A stretch of 64,000 bases of DNA from an uncultured bacterium (lineage in GTDB: Bacteria > Chloroflexota > UBA5177 > JANWHV01): the NCBI GenBank assembly GCA_963827235.1, contig CAWHAE010000008.1:224001-288000 (forward strand). Direction: 5' to 3'. Below are positions 42,061-51,911 of the stretch, in pieces; within the stretch, counting starts at the first letter, position 1; each line of letters begins with the position of its first letter. Both the position numbers and the translations under genes were made by a program. The notes beneath the pieces are model-generated. The model ran no database searches. It was not told the DNA's origin and saw only the letters and a list, made by a program, of their open reading frames with translations.

Positions 42061-42099
42061 CGAGCGTCATACCGACCGGCCCGGTCGGTGTGACGCTCG
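42061..42099. repeat. Near-perfect 19-bp-arm palindrome
   Basis: CGAGCGTCATACCGACCGG-C-CCGGTCGGTGTGACGCTCG; the single mismatch forms a G-U pair on the + strand. Confidence 0.9.
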
Positions 42100-42177
42100 A
42101 TACAGACAGCAGGTGGGCAATCTGATTCACTGTCGATGGCAAGAACACGTTAGCCCACAAGGCCAGGAAACAGAACG

Positions 42178-42363
42178 ATGGAACCCGAAATCACGGCAGT
42201 GCAGCCGGTACCGAGCAAGCCTAATCGGCGTCGCGAGCAGGAAGCGTCGCGGAATCGGCCGGTCGTGCATGGCATCGTGCAGTATCTCGGCCACCGGCCG
42301 GACCCCAAGCATGACCGGAAGCGAGTGGCCAGACTGATACGGCAGGCAAGGCGTCGTCGCTAG
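42178..42363 (+). CDS. Small basic hypothetical protein (61 aa)
   Basis: AGGA upstream; MEPEITAVQ...DRKRVARLIRQARRRR; fills an otherwise empty 1 kb gap. Confidence 0.45.
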   Translation: MEPEITAVQPVPSKPNRRREQEASRNRPVVHGIVQYLGHRPDPKHDRKRVARLIRQARRRR

Positions 42364-42635
42364 AACACCGGCGCACCGGCCCGGCGTGTTCAGCTCAACA
42401 CCGTGCGGAACTCGCCGGACGCTCAAGGCAGTCCAGCACTCGAGCCGCCCATCCGGCCACCCTCGGCGCCGGCTCCCCTTGCCGAGGCACCCGCGACGCC
42501 GTGGCCGCCCGCCGCTGCCCGCACGGCGTCTGAGATGGGTTATGCCCTCAGCGGCCGGCGTTTCCCCGTTTAGCCGGCCGCTGTGCATGCCGAATCGCGG
42601 CACGGGCTAGCTCTGGGGGCACCGCTACACCCGGG

Positions 42636-43289
42636 TCAGGACAGTGAGAACGGCGGATACTGGTCGTGAATTCCGTAGATGTAGGTGAGGACCCGCGTTG
42701 ACCATCTGATCGTGCCGCCGTACAAGAGCAGACCCCACTGCGGGTAGCGGCCGGTCGTCACAACCGGTATCCAGGTAACCAGCATGAGCAGGGAGCAGAC
42801 CATGCCGAGCACGCCAAGTGCGATGAAGTGCGGGATACAGATGATGTACTTCAACGCGATGCCGACGACGGGAATTGCCCACAGTCGGCTTGGCTGCTCG
42901 TTGAACGGCCACGTGATGCTCACATCGCCTGAGCCGGCGTCGTCGGAGAAGCTGAAGGATGGATACTTGTCCTGTATGCCGGTCATGTAGGCGGCGATCC
43001 GGCTGCCCCAACGGACGTAGCCCCCGTACAGCATGTCGGCAAATCCGGCGTATTTGCCCACGAAGAGTACCGGAATCCAGGTCACGAGCGAGGCAAGTTG
43101 TACGATGATCCCGACAATGTACATCGCGATGAAGAAGGGTATGAGCATGATCCCCTTCAGCGCGAGGCCGATGATGGGTACCGCATAGAGTTTGTTGCGA
43201 TACTCGACGTCCGGGAAAGTGACGGCCACCGGATGAATCCCCGCGGTGCCCGAGTACTGTCCCCTCTCACCGGGATAGGTTGCGTTCAA
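42636..43289 (-). CDS. DUF4389-like membrane protein (two internal repeats)
   Basis: Duplicated unit IPH/FF..WIPV..GK/RY..RW..DK/QYPxFS; GGAGG before TTG at 43289. Confidence 0.82.
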   Translation of the reverse strand: MNATYPGERGQYSGTAGIHPVAVTFPDVEYRNKLYAVPIIGLALKGIMLIPFFIAMYIVGIIVQLASLVTWIPVLFVGKYAGFADMLYGGYVRWGSRIAAYMTGIQDKYPSFSFSDDAGSGDVSITWPFNEQPSRLWAIPVVGIALKYIICIPHFIALGVLGMVCSLLMLVTWIPVVTTGRYPQWGLLLYGGTIRWSTRVLTYIYGIHDQYPPFSLS

Positions 43290-43346
43290 GACAATCCTCC
43301 CATCTACTCGGCCGTACTGCGCGTCGTGATCGAGTCTGCCGCCACT

Positions 43347-43375
43347 ACTATACCTACCACTTTGCACTTGCGCAA
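43347..43375 (-). promoter_or_regulatory. Sigma70-type promoter for the DUF4389-like gene
   Basis: Minus strand TTGCGC-17 bp-TATAGT. Confidence 0.6.
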
Positions 43376-43655
43376 CAGGAAACCGCTGTCTTCAACTCCG
43401 CGTTCTGGATCCACCGGGGCGTAGATCGAGCGAGCGCTCGGCAGCAGGTGGGAACATAGAAAGTGGGCGGGACTACGCCCGAAGTCGTCCCCCTCAGGCA
43501 CGTTCAGCTTGCCCGCAGTGCGACACGTTATCGACAGGCGGTTCCGCGAGCGCGGCCGCCCCGACAGGAGCGGGGAATAGCATGAGAAATGGCCCACCCG
43601 GCAGACTACACCCGCCGACATTGGGTCGTGCGACCCCGGCACAGCGCTATGCGCC

Positions 43656-44165
43656 TCAGACGAACGCAGTTCTCACGAAAAGACTGCCTGCGCCAAGCAG
43701 TCCCCGCCTGGACACGTCGACAATCGCCATCTCCTCGGTAGGAGTCTGGGTGGTGAACCGCTTCTGCACGTACATGCCGACCGGAGGTGCCAGGAAGAGC
43801 GACACGAGCGATGCCAGGATGGCGCGGCTGTACCTGTTGCGGCGGGGTGGTATCTCACCCACCAGCACCGACGAGAGGCCAGCCATCATGCCCGCCACTG
43901 CCAGGTTGGTTCCGCACCGTGGATGGATGGCCATCTCCGGCTCGCCGTTTCGCAGTCGTTGCAGGGCTTCATCGGCGCACTCCAGCAGGTCTTCCTCGGT
44001 CACTTCGCCATGCACGTAGAATCCTCGGGCGGTGGAGCGCCCACGCAGCACTGCCCGGGGGTTGCGCTGTGTGAGTAGCAGAATGGTCGCGTGCTCCAAG
44101 GCATGGTTTTGGCGGACTCGCGGTCCAAGGAGCATCTGTTCGACAATGTCGTGCGGCCTGCCCAT
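43656..44165 (-). CDS. DUF6391-like protein
   Basis: RQNHALEHATI and AIHPRCGTN; GGAGG RBS. Confidence 0.75.
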   Translation of the reverse strand: MGRPHDIVEQMLLGPRVRQNHALEHATILLLTQRNPRAVLRGRSTARGFYVHGEVTEEDLLECADEALQRLRNGEPEMAIHPRCGTNLAVAGMMAGLSSVLVGEIPPRRNRYSRAILASLVSLFLAPPVGMYVQKRFTTQTPTEEMAIVDVSRRGLLGAGSLFVRTAFV

Positions 44166-44311
44166 GCGGTTGGTCCTCCGATACTCAGCCCTGGACACGG
44201 GCTATCCGCACTGCGGACGGCTGACGCCGAGCAACTGCTCGGTCCGCCCGCGATTGGTGCCATCCGGCTGGCGCAACTGTCCTGTGCTGCGCACGGGTGA
44301 CTCCCTGCGGC

Positions 44312-47284
44312 CTACTGCGCCGGGTAGGTGGTGACGTTGTCGTTGCTGCTATCCGCCACGTATGCTCTCCCCGCCCTGTCGACCACGACCGACACTGGCT
44401 TGGAGAACTGAGTCCCGGCAACGGCGTAGAGCGGCCTTCCGGTGCTGCTATACACCAGCATACGCGCTTCCGAGGGATCAGGCACGAACACACGGTCCGC
44501 GGCATCCACGGCGATCTGCGGCTCGTCGTAGCCGCCCTGCCACGAGCTGACAGAGAACGACGAGATATAGTTGCCCGTGGCATCAAACTCCTGGACCCGC
44601 GCGTTCCAGTAGTCCGCGACGAACAGGTGGCCGGACGCATCCACAGCGACGCTGCTCGGCTCGTTGAGCTGCCCGGGCGCGCTGCCGGCGGAACCGATCG
44701 AGCGCAGGAAACGTCCATCTGAGCTGAACACCTGAATGCGCTTGTGGCCGGTGTCCGCCACGTACACGCTTCCGTCCGGGCCTATGGCGATGCCGCGTGG
44801 CCCGTACAGGTCGGTTGGCTTCAGGCCCGACACGTTCAGGTTTTGCTGACCCCAGGCACGAATGAACTGGCCGGCAGCCGTGAACTCCTCGACGCGGCCG
44901 TTCCAGGTGTCGGTCGCATACACGTTTCCGTTCGGTGCCACGGCAATGCCGCCGATCCCGGGTGCATACCGGCCATTGAACTGGCCGTCGGCGGTTCCTG
45001 CTTTGCCCCACTTGCGGATAACGGCCCCGGACGGTGACAGCTCGACGATCTGGCGTCCCGACGTGTCGCCCACGTAGATGTCGCCTTTCGAGTCGAGCGC
45101 GACAGGCCCGACGCTGGCAAACGATGCCGCCGAACCGGCGAAGGTAGAGGTTGGGACGATGGACTTCGTCACCTTGACGAAGGGATTCTGCGCCGCCACG
45201 GTCTGCTCCTGCTGCCGTGCCTGTGCTTGCAGCGACGGCGAGAGATACTGCACGTCGTCCTTGCTCACGAGGAACCAGAATACCACCTGGTTACCGTCGC
45301 CGTCCCAGGCGTGCGGGCTGAAAGGCTTTCGCTGGATCTCCCACTGCATGATGTTTGACCACGTGGAGGGACGTACGAGGTCGTTGACGAAGAGCTTCAG
45401 GCGCGCCCACCTGGACAGTAGAGCGCCGGTGTTCGGATCGGTACGCTGGGCGTAGGTCTTGTACTCCTCCGGATTCCACCAGCGCAGCGTCTCGTGGAAG
45501 GAGACGTAGCGGCTCAGCAGCGTGCTCTTCAGCGTCTGGTAGTTCGTGTCGCTCACGATCAACACCGGTTCGGTGGGAGAGCCATAATCGGACGGCTTGG
45601 TCGGGTATACGTCGGTTGCGAATCTGTTGGGGTCGCGAAGGTAGAACACCCACGGCCACTCGTCCTCGTTGTCAACCTGGACATGGAGGAGGCCGTTGCC
45701 GAGCTGGGCCTGGATGTCGCTCATCTGCTGGTAGACCTGAGGTACATCCGGTGCCGTCTGCACGTACACCAGATACTCGTCCGGGCTCGCTCCATTCACA
45801 TATGAGAGGGTGAGGGCATTGTGCGTGCTGAACAGCGCGCAGATCACGGCAGCAACTATCGACAGCCAGCGCACCCATGGGCGCACCGCGGTCACCGCTG
45901 CCACCAGTCCAATCGCCGCCAGCACGCTGAGCGGCACGACAAGGTGTAGCGCGTTCCACGGCATCTTCTCGGAGGTCCAGCCGTAGATCAAGAACGAGGC
46001 CACAGTCCATGACAGCACCAGGATAGTGGTGAAGTTCCGCAGCTTTCGCACCACGTAGATGGCGCCTACGATCCCAAACACCGTAACGAGCCACTCGTAT
46101 GCCGGGATGATGAAGAGATAGTAGTACCATGGCTGGGCACCCCGAGCGACCGGCTGTTGCGCCTGCCAGTACTGGAATCCGCCCAGGATGCCGTCCGTGC
46201 TGTACGTGTAGGGCTGAGAGGCCTTGCCGGGGATTTCCAGCGTTGTCTGTACCTTGTTGGATCCCGGGATGAAGGCCCAGCTCGGAGGATCGCCGATAGG
46301 CCAGTAGAGAAGCACAAACAGAGCCAGGAAGATAACGGCGAAGAGTGCCCATGCAGTCCAGGGGGTATGCCGCACGGCATCAGTCACCGGGCCTCCGCGC
46401 GCGCTGGTGGACAGGGCATAGACGACGAAAGCGGCAACTATCACCGCACCGGCCACCGACACAAGCAGGTGGTCGGCGATTATGCCAAGCACGATCATGA
46501 GAAGTGCAGCCGCGGGCACGAGCAACTCGTAGCCCCGAATGAGCTCGACGGAGATCATGACGGCCATGAATGCACCCAGCATGGCTGCGTTGAGATAGAT
46601 GCTCTCCTTGGCGGCATAGGCCATGCCGGTGGACACGCCGAAGAGGTAAAGCCAGCGGTAGTGGTACCGGCTTCCGTCTGCGTAGTCGGAGATGTAACGA
46701 ACGATGGTGGCGATCATGAGGAAAGTGAACAGCGCGAACTGCATGTCCTCGCGGGCGAAACGCGAGAAGTACAGTGTGGTGGGCGACACCGCGAAGATGG
46801 CCATGAGCGCGAATACCGGCCAGCGCCCGAGCTGGCGCCGGAGCAGCCAGGGCGCCGCGACCAGGGCGGTGCCGGCAGTAACAGACCACAGGCGCGCGGT
46901 GAATGGGCTGGAGCCCAGTATCCAGTAGAAGAAGGCGATCATGTGGAACTGCAGCGGGCCGTGCATCATCGGGTCGTAGTGGTACTCGGGATCGGCCCGC
47001 CCCATGAGATACCATGAGTAGGTAGCGTGCAGGCTCTCGTCGTGGTGGAGCGGGCGATCGGCCAGCCAGATCAAACGCAGTATGAGCGCGATCGCGATCA
47101 TGGTGACCATGACTACCACGTCGACGTTCACGTGAACGGCGGGAAACGCGCGGGCAAATGCGTTGCTTCGGGTCTCGGCGACTACGTCGCCGGCTCGTTC
47201 TCCGCCACGGCGCTGGGCCGGCTCACTCGACGTGCCCGCAGGAGCGGGCGCACGTTCCATCCCGGGTGCCGATATGCTGCTCAT
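44312..47284 (-). CDS. TIGR03663-type GT-C membrane protein fused to a C-terminal NHL beta-propeller
   Basis: RPLHHDESLH, YDPMMHGP, FSRFARED, EKMPW, YVQTAPD; NHL repeats PRGIAIG..VYVADTGHKRIQ. Confidence 0.88.
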   Translation of the reverse strand: MSSISAPGMERAPAPAGTSSEPAQRRGGERAGDVVAETRSNAFARAFPAVHVNVDVVVMVTMIAIALILRLIWLADRPLHHDESLHATYSWYLMGRADPEYHYDPMMHGPLQFHMIAFFYWILGSSPFTARLWSVTAGTALVAAPWLLRRQLGRWPVFALMAIFAVSPTTLYFSRFAREDMQFALFTFLMIATIVRYISDYADGSRYHYRWLYLFGVSTGMAYAAKESIYLNAAMLGAFMAVMISVELIRGYELLVPAAALLMIVLGIIADHLLVSVAGAVIVAAFVVYALSTSARGGPVTDAVRHTPWTAWALFAVIFLALFVLLYWPIGDPPSWAFIPGSNKVQTTLEIPGKASQPYTYSTDGILGGFQYWQAQQPVARGAQPWYYYLFIIPAYEWLVTVFGIVGAIYVVRKLRNFTTILVLSWTVASFLIYGWTSEKMPWNALHLVVPLSVLAAIGLVAAVTAVRPWVRWLSIVAAVICALFSTHNALTLSYVNGASPDEYLVYVQTAPDVPQVYQQMSDIQAQLGNGLLHVQVDNEDEWPWVFYLRDPNRFATDVYPTKPSDYGSPTEPVLIVSDTNYQTLKSTLLSRYVSFHETLRWWNPEEYKTYAQRTDPNTGALLSRWARLKLFVNDLVRPSTWSNIMQWEIQRKPFSPHAWDGDGNQVVFWFLVSKDDVQYLSPSLQAQARQQEQTVAAQNPFVKVTKSIVPTSTFAGSAASFASVGPVALDSKGDIYVGDTSGRQIVELSPSGAVIRKWGKAGTADGQFNGRYAPGIGGIAVAPNGNVYATDTWNGRVEEFTAAGQFIRAWGQQNLNVSGLKPTDLYGPRGIAIGPDGSVYVADTGHKRIQVFSSDGRFLRSIGSAGSAPGQLNEPSSVAVDASGHLFVADYWNARVQEFDATGNYISSFSVSSWQGGYDEPQIAVDAADRVFVPDPSEARMLVYSSTGRPLYAVAGTQFSKPVSVVVDRAGRAYVADSSNDNVTTYPAQ

Positions 47285-47710
47285 GAGCGACCCTTCCAAG
47301 TGCGAACCAAGACGTGTGATGCCCTACAACATCAGCATACGTAGCGGCCAAGGTTATGGTTCCCACACACTATGCCATATAACCACGAGCAGGGCACAGT
47401 ACCAACCGCACGAGTAGACTCGGTTCGACTGGCACCCTGGGAACTGACCAACCGGCTCCTTGTCTCCGCAGTGTCAGCCTGGGCACGGGCGAGCAAGTGA
47501 ACGGTGCCTACACGCCAGCGGAAGGAAGGCCTCTCACCGTCATGCCGCGAGTGCTCGTAAGCTGCTCACGAGACCATCTACCGCCAGCCGCCGTCGGCTG
47601 CGTCTATCGTAATGCGGTGGCGGCATCGGAGCAAGACCGGCAGCTACCCCACAAATGTGCTACTTCACATGCAGATTCTCCGCTCGGCGAGGCGGTCAGA
47701 GGAGGAAGAA

Positions 47711-48367
47711 ATGGCAATCATTAGCAGTCTCACTCCCGACCGCGGGAGGCGGGGATTCGTCAGCGTGTCCATCGACGGCGCCCACGCGGGCTGCATTCGT
47801 GCAGCCGATGTAGAGTCGCTCGGCCTGCAGACAGGCAGCCAGGTCGATGAGGCCGCATGCGCACACATTCAGGCGCTTGCCGGGCGAGAAGAGGCTCTAC
47901 GTGTGGCCAACCGGTTTATCGCATTTCGACCTCGGAGCACATCCGAAGTGCGGCAGCGGCTTCGGCGCGCCGGCATAGACGAGGCCGACGTGGAATCGGC
48001 GGTGGAGGACCTGCTGTCGCGCGGAGTGGTAGACGACAAGCGGTTCGCCGACGCCTGGATTGAGAACAGGACCGCCTTCAGCCCACGGGCGCCACGCCTG
48101 CTGCAGGCGGAACTTCGCCGTCATGGCATCGATCGAGAGACGGTTGAAGCCAGCTTGGCGGACTCTAGTGAGGGCGACGAGATCGCGCTTGCCGTGGAGG
48201 CCGGCCGGAGGCGCCTGCACCGGCTCGGGCGCCTCAGCCGCGACGAGTTTGGTCGCACCGTTGGCGCGTTTCTGGCCAGGCGCGGCTTCAGCGCTGAATG
48301 CACTCGTGCGGCCGTGCAAACGCTCTGGGCGGAATACCAAGCCGACGGCGAGGGCAGTTCCTTGTAG
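47711..48367 (+). CDS. recX: Recombination regulator RecX
   Basis: RPRSTSEVRQRL, VDDKRFA, AELRRHGI, FLARRGFS; GGAGG RBS. Confidence 0.9.
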   Translation: MAIISSLTPDRGRRGFVSVSIDGAHAGCIRAADVESLGLQTGSQVDEAACAHIQALAGREEALRVANRFIAFRPRSTSEVRQRLRRAGIDEADVESAVEDLLSRGVVDDKRFADAWIENRTAFSPRAPRLLQAELRRHGIDRETVEASLADSSEGDEIALAVEAGRRRLHRLGRLSRDEFGRTVGAFLARRGFSAECTRAAVQTLWAEYQADGEGSSL

Positions 48368-48456
48368 GGTGGCTCGCGCGTGTGCGACACTTGAGGTAGG
48401 CATCGTCCTCGTGTGACGACGCGCCTGCCGGCTCAGCTGGGGAGGACGCACGGCAC

Positions 48457-49485
48457 GTGATAATCATCCTGAAGATTGGGACTCCGGAAAGCCAACGAAA
48501 CTACGTCATAGATCGGCTGCGTGACCTCGGCTATGGAACGAACGTCTCCGGCACTGAGCATACGGTCATCGGTGCCATCGGCGTGCCCGAGGAGGCAAAG
48601 GCCCGGCTGGCCGAGAATCTCGCGGCGCTGGAGTACGTCGAGCAGGTAGTGCCGGTCACTTCGAAGTACAAGCTGGCCAGCCGGCAGTTTCAACGCGAGC
48701 CCACCGTCGTGCGTTTGGGTAATGTCGAGGTGGGCGGCAAGCGCGTCGTCATGATGGCGGGGCCGTGCTCGGTAGAGTCGCGCGAGCAGCTCTTCGAAAC
48801 GGCGGAGGCGGTGGCCGCCTCCGGTGCCACGGTCCTGCGCGGTGGCGCATTCAAGCCGCGCACGTCGCCCTATGAGTTTCAGGGACACGGTGAGGATGGG
48901 CTGAAGTTGCTGGCCGAAGCAGGTGAGCGCTACGGGCTGGCGGTGATCACGGAAGTCGTCGACCCGCACGATGTCGAGCTCGTCTCCCAATACGCCCAAT
49001 GCCTGCAGATCGGCGCACGCAACATGCAGAATTACGTACTCCTGCGGGAGGTGGGACGTGGCACCACTCCCGTTATGGTCAAGCGTGGAGGCATGTATCC
49101 CACCATCGAAAACTGGTTGCTGGCGGCGGAGTACGTGCTGCAGGGAGGCAATCGACAGGTGATCCTCTGCGAGCGCGGCCTGCCGGTGGCGGGTGACGTC
49201 TCTCTTCGCCGGAATCTGCTCGATCTCACCGCGGTACCGATCGTTCGCGAGCTCTCACACCTGCCGATCGTGATCGATCCCAGCCATGGCACCGGCCGCC
49301 AGAGCCTGATCAGCGTCATGTCCAAGGCCGCGGTAGCGGTAGGAGCCGATGGGTTGATTGTCGAGGTGCATCCGCATCCGGAGGACGCCTGGTCGGACGG
49401 GCCGCAATCGCTGAGACCGGAGGCCTTCGCACAGATGATGCGCGAGCTTCCTGCCTTCGCATCCGCAGCAGGACGTACCATCTAG
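48457..49485 (+). CDS. aroF: DAHP synthase type I-beta with N-terminal regulatory domain
   Basis: AGPCSVES, RGGAFKPRTSPY, QIGARNMQN, LCERG, DPSHGTG. Confidence 0.95.
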   Translation: MIIILKIGTPESQRNYVIDRLRDLGYGTNVSGTEHTVIGAIGVPEEAKARLAENLAALEYVEQVVPVTSKYKLASRQFQREPTVVRLGNVEVGGKRVVMMAGPCSVESREQLFETAEAVAASGATVLRGGAFKPRTSPYEFQGHGEDGLKLLAEAGERYGLAVITEVVDPHDVELVSQYAQCLQIGARNMQNYVLLREVGRGTTPVMVKRGGMYPTIENWLLAAEYVLQGGNRQVILCERGLPVAGDVSLRRNLLDLTAVPIVRELSHLPIVIDPSHGTGRQSLISVMSKAAVAVGADGLIVEVHPHPEDAWSDGPQSLRPEAFAQMMRELPAFASAAGRTI

Positions 49486-49487
49486 AC

Positions 49488-51218
49488 ATGCAGTCACGCA
49501 TAGAGCCACCGGTCGTCGAGTCGCCGCACAGGCAGCTCGATCTGTTTCCGCAGGCAAATGGCATCGCTCCGGCCGATTCCGAGCCGCCGGACGGAGGATC
49601 TCCGGCGTCTTCGTGGATGTCCTCGCGCCCGGCAGTCCTGGTATTTTCCGCGATGTGCCTGGCGATCTTGGTCGCCGTGGCGGTCGTCTATCTGGCAAGC
49701 ATGACCAACAATCTCAGCGTCGAAGGCGACAACGCGATCTACATGATCCTTGCCAAAGCTATGAGTGCCGGCCACGGCTACACAAACATCCAGGGCCCGA
49801 CGCCGCGTATCGAAGCGCAATATCCGCCTCTGTTCCCGATCATGCTCGTGCCGGTGGTATGGGCGTTCGGCGTCGGCGGCGTGCTGCAGATGCAGGCTCT
49901 GGTTACGAGCTTCGCGCTGGCCTCGTTCGTGCTGGGCTTCTTTCTTTTCAGGCGCTGGACGGGCAGCGCGCTGTTGGGCCTGGGCGTCGTTCTGGCAACC
50001 GCGGAGTCCGATCTTGTTTGGTCCTTTTCCCACAAGGTGCTGACCGAGATCCCCTATCTTTTCCTCACGTTGCTAACCTGCCTGCTGGTGTCGCGCTATA
50101 ACGTCCAGCAACGGTGGCGGACCTGGACAGGATTCCTGGTCGTTCTTGCTGCCGGAGCCGTGTTCCTGGCGCGTACGGTTGGTGTCAGCGTGTGCGCGGC
50201 GGTTCCCATCTATCTGCTCCTCGCTCCGCCACTGCGCGGTAAGCATGATTGGCACCTACGCGTACTGAAGGCGGCAGCCACGTGTGCGGGAATTATGATC
50301 GTGGCCGGGGGATGGACGCTGAGGAATCGCATCGTGTATTCCGGCGAAGGTCACAGCTATCTGTCACAGTTCATGCTCAAGCAGACCTACGTCCCCGACG
50401 CAGGCAGCGTGACCTCGAACGAGTTGCTCAACCGTGTGGGGGACAACGCGTCATACTACGCCGATCAGTTCCAGCGCATTCTCGTTGGTCAGTTCTGGGA
50501 CCGAGTGAGCACGGCCCCGGAAGTGGCGCACACTTTGCTTGCCATAACGGTGGTCGGCTTTGTGTTCGCGCTTTGGAAACGCCGCACTGTGGCGGAGTTC
50601 TACATGGCCGCGTACGTGCTGATCGTTCTTTTCTGGCCGTGGCAGGATCTGCGGTTCGCGGTCCCGGTGATGCCGTTCCTCTTCTATTACGTGGCCATGG
50701 CAGTGTTCGCGGCGTTCTCCGGCGCACGACGTCTTCGCACGGTTGGCCCCGGGCTACTGACTGGTCTGGTGCTCATCCCGCTGACCTTACCTACCGGCAT
50801 TCACACAGTGCACGTCGCTCGTGACGATCGCGTGTCCGGATATCACTACCAGGCCGACAAGCTCGGAGAATGGATTGCCTATGCGGACTGGCAGGACTTC
50901 CACGCCGCAGCCCTGTGGCTGAGATCCCACGCTGCTCCCGGCAGCACAGTGATCAACCGCAGCCCAAACATCTTCTATCTCTGGACCGGCCTCGCTTCGA
51001 GGAACTATCCGTACTCCTATGACCGGTGGTCCGTGATGCAGGACGTCTCTCACGAGCAGGTCGACTATGTGTTGCTCGATGATTTCAGCTGGACCTACAC
51101 GACCAACCTGTACATGCGTCCCGTTATCCAGCGTTATCCCGATCGATTCGTGCTGTTGCGTCGCTTCCGGGGCGCTGCAGTGTACGAGGTGGTGCACTTG
51201 GCGCCGGCGGGCGGCTGA
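49488..51218 (+). CDS. GT-C (ArnT/PMT-like) membrane glycosyltransferase
   Basis: EGDNAIY after TM1, YPPLFP, LTEIPY, LRFAVP; soluble C-terminal domain. Confidence 0.78.
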   Translation: MQSRIEPPVVESPHRQLDLFPQANGIAPADSEPPDGGSPASSWMSSRPAVLVFSAMCLAILVAVAVVYLASMTNNLSVEGDNAIYMILAKAMSAGHGYTNIQGPTPRIEAQYPPLFPIMLVPVVWAFGVGGVLQMQALVTSFALASFVLGFFLFRRWTGSALLGLGVVLATAESDLVWSFSHKVLTEIPYLFLTLLTCLLVSRYNVQQRWRTWTGFLVVLAAGAVFLARTVGVSVCAAVPIYLLLAPPLRGKHDWHLRVLKAAATCAGIMIVAGGWTLRNRIVYSGEGHSYLSQFMLKQTYVPDAGSVTSNELLNRVGDNASYYADQFQRILVGQFWDRVSTAPEVAHTLLAITVVGFVFALWKRRTVAEFYMAAYVLIVLFWPWQDLRFAVPVMPFLFYYVAMAVFAAFSGARRLRTVGPGLLTGLVLIPLTLPTGIHTVHVARDDRVSGYHYQADKLGEWIAYADWQDFHAAALWLRSHAAPGSTVINRSPNIFYLWTGLASRNYPYSYDRWSVMQDVSHEQVDYVLLDDFSWTYTTNLYMRPVIQRYPDRFVLLRRFRGAAVYEVVHLAPAGG

Positions 51219-51411
51219 GAGCGGAGGCGGCGTCGGGGTCCAGTCGACGTGCGCAGCCATTAGTCGATCGGGCCGTAACAGGGTGTGCGGTTGCCGGTCG
51301 TATACATTCACCGATTGTGATCAGATGCCTACCGGTGGCTCACTCGGCAGGCTGACGACCCGGGATCAACCGCGTGTGTATCTTCAAGGAGTAACCCGAG
51401 GAGTACGCAGT

Positions 51412-51849
51412 ATGATTCACACGGACGACCAGGCACCCGGCTGGACCGGCGCCGCACCGCTGCGCGTGCTGGTGGCGAAGCCCGGTCTCGACGGGCACGA
51501 TCGTGGCGCCAAGGTGATCGCCCACGCACTGAAGGATGCCGGCATGGAAGTGATCTACACGGGTCTGCGGCAGACTCCGGAGCAGATCGTCAGTGCGGCG
51601 ATTCAGGAGGACGTTTCGGTGATATGCCTGAGCATACTCTCCGGCGCGCATATGACGCTCCTTCCGAAGGTCATCGACCTCCTGCGCCAGCGGGAGGCCG
51701 GCGACGTGCTCACGCTTGCCGGCGGCACCATTCCAGACGATGACATTCCACTGCTGAAGGCAGCCGGAATCGCGGAAGTCTTTACCCCCGGTACGGACAC
51801 TCGTGATGTCATAGCCTATATTCGAGAGCACGCGCCTTCGATAGGGTAG
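51412..51849 (+). CDS. Cobalamin-binding subunit of an acyl-CoA (methylmalonyl-CoA) mutase
   Basis: [10 protein letters not shown] (DxHxxG), SILSGAH, GGTIP, FTPGT. Confidence 0.92.
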   Translation: MIHTDDQAPGWTGAAPLRVLVAKPGLDGHDRGAKVIAHALKDAGMEVIYTGLRQTPEQIVSAAIQEDVSVICLSILSGAHMTLLPKVIDLLRQREAGDVLTLAGGTIPDDDIPLLKAAGIAEVFTPGTDTRDVIAYIREHAPSIG

Positions 51850-51911
51850 GCAAGGATTGTTGGGACGCTTGAGCTCTGAGAAAGGTCCCTGAGCGCCTGG
51901 GAGGTCGCGGC

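Noticed and set aside
42107-43452. CAGCAGGTGGG repeated in two intergenic regions (42107, 43442)
   Set aside because: Only 11 bp and GC-rich with unrelated flanks; plausible by chance
43400-43620. Possible 6S RNA (minus-strand CCCACCTGCTG resembles part of Bacillus 6S-1)
   Set aside because: I could not build the long closing stem and central bulge; a covariance-model search is needed
47340-47700. Possible riboswitch or SOS box upstream of recX (GGTTATGG/CCATATAACC; CACAAATGTG)
   Set aside because: No recognisable aptamer core and a poor match to GAAC-N4-GTTC
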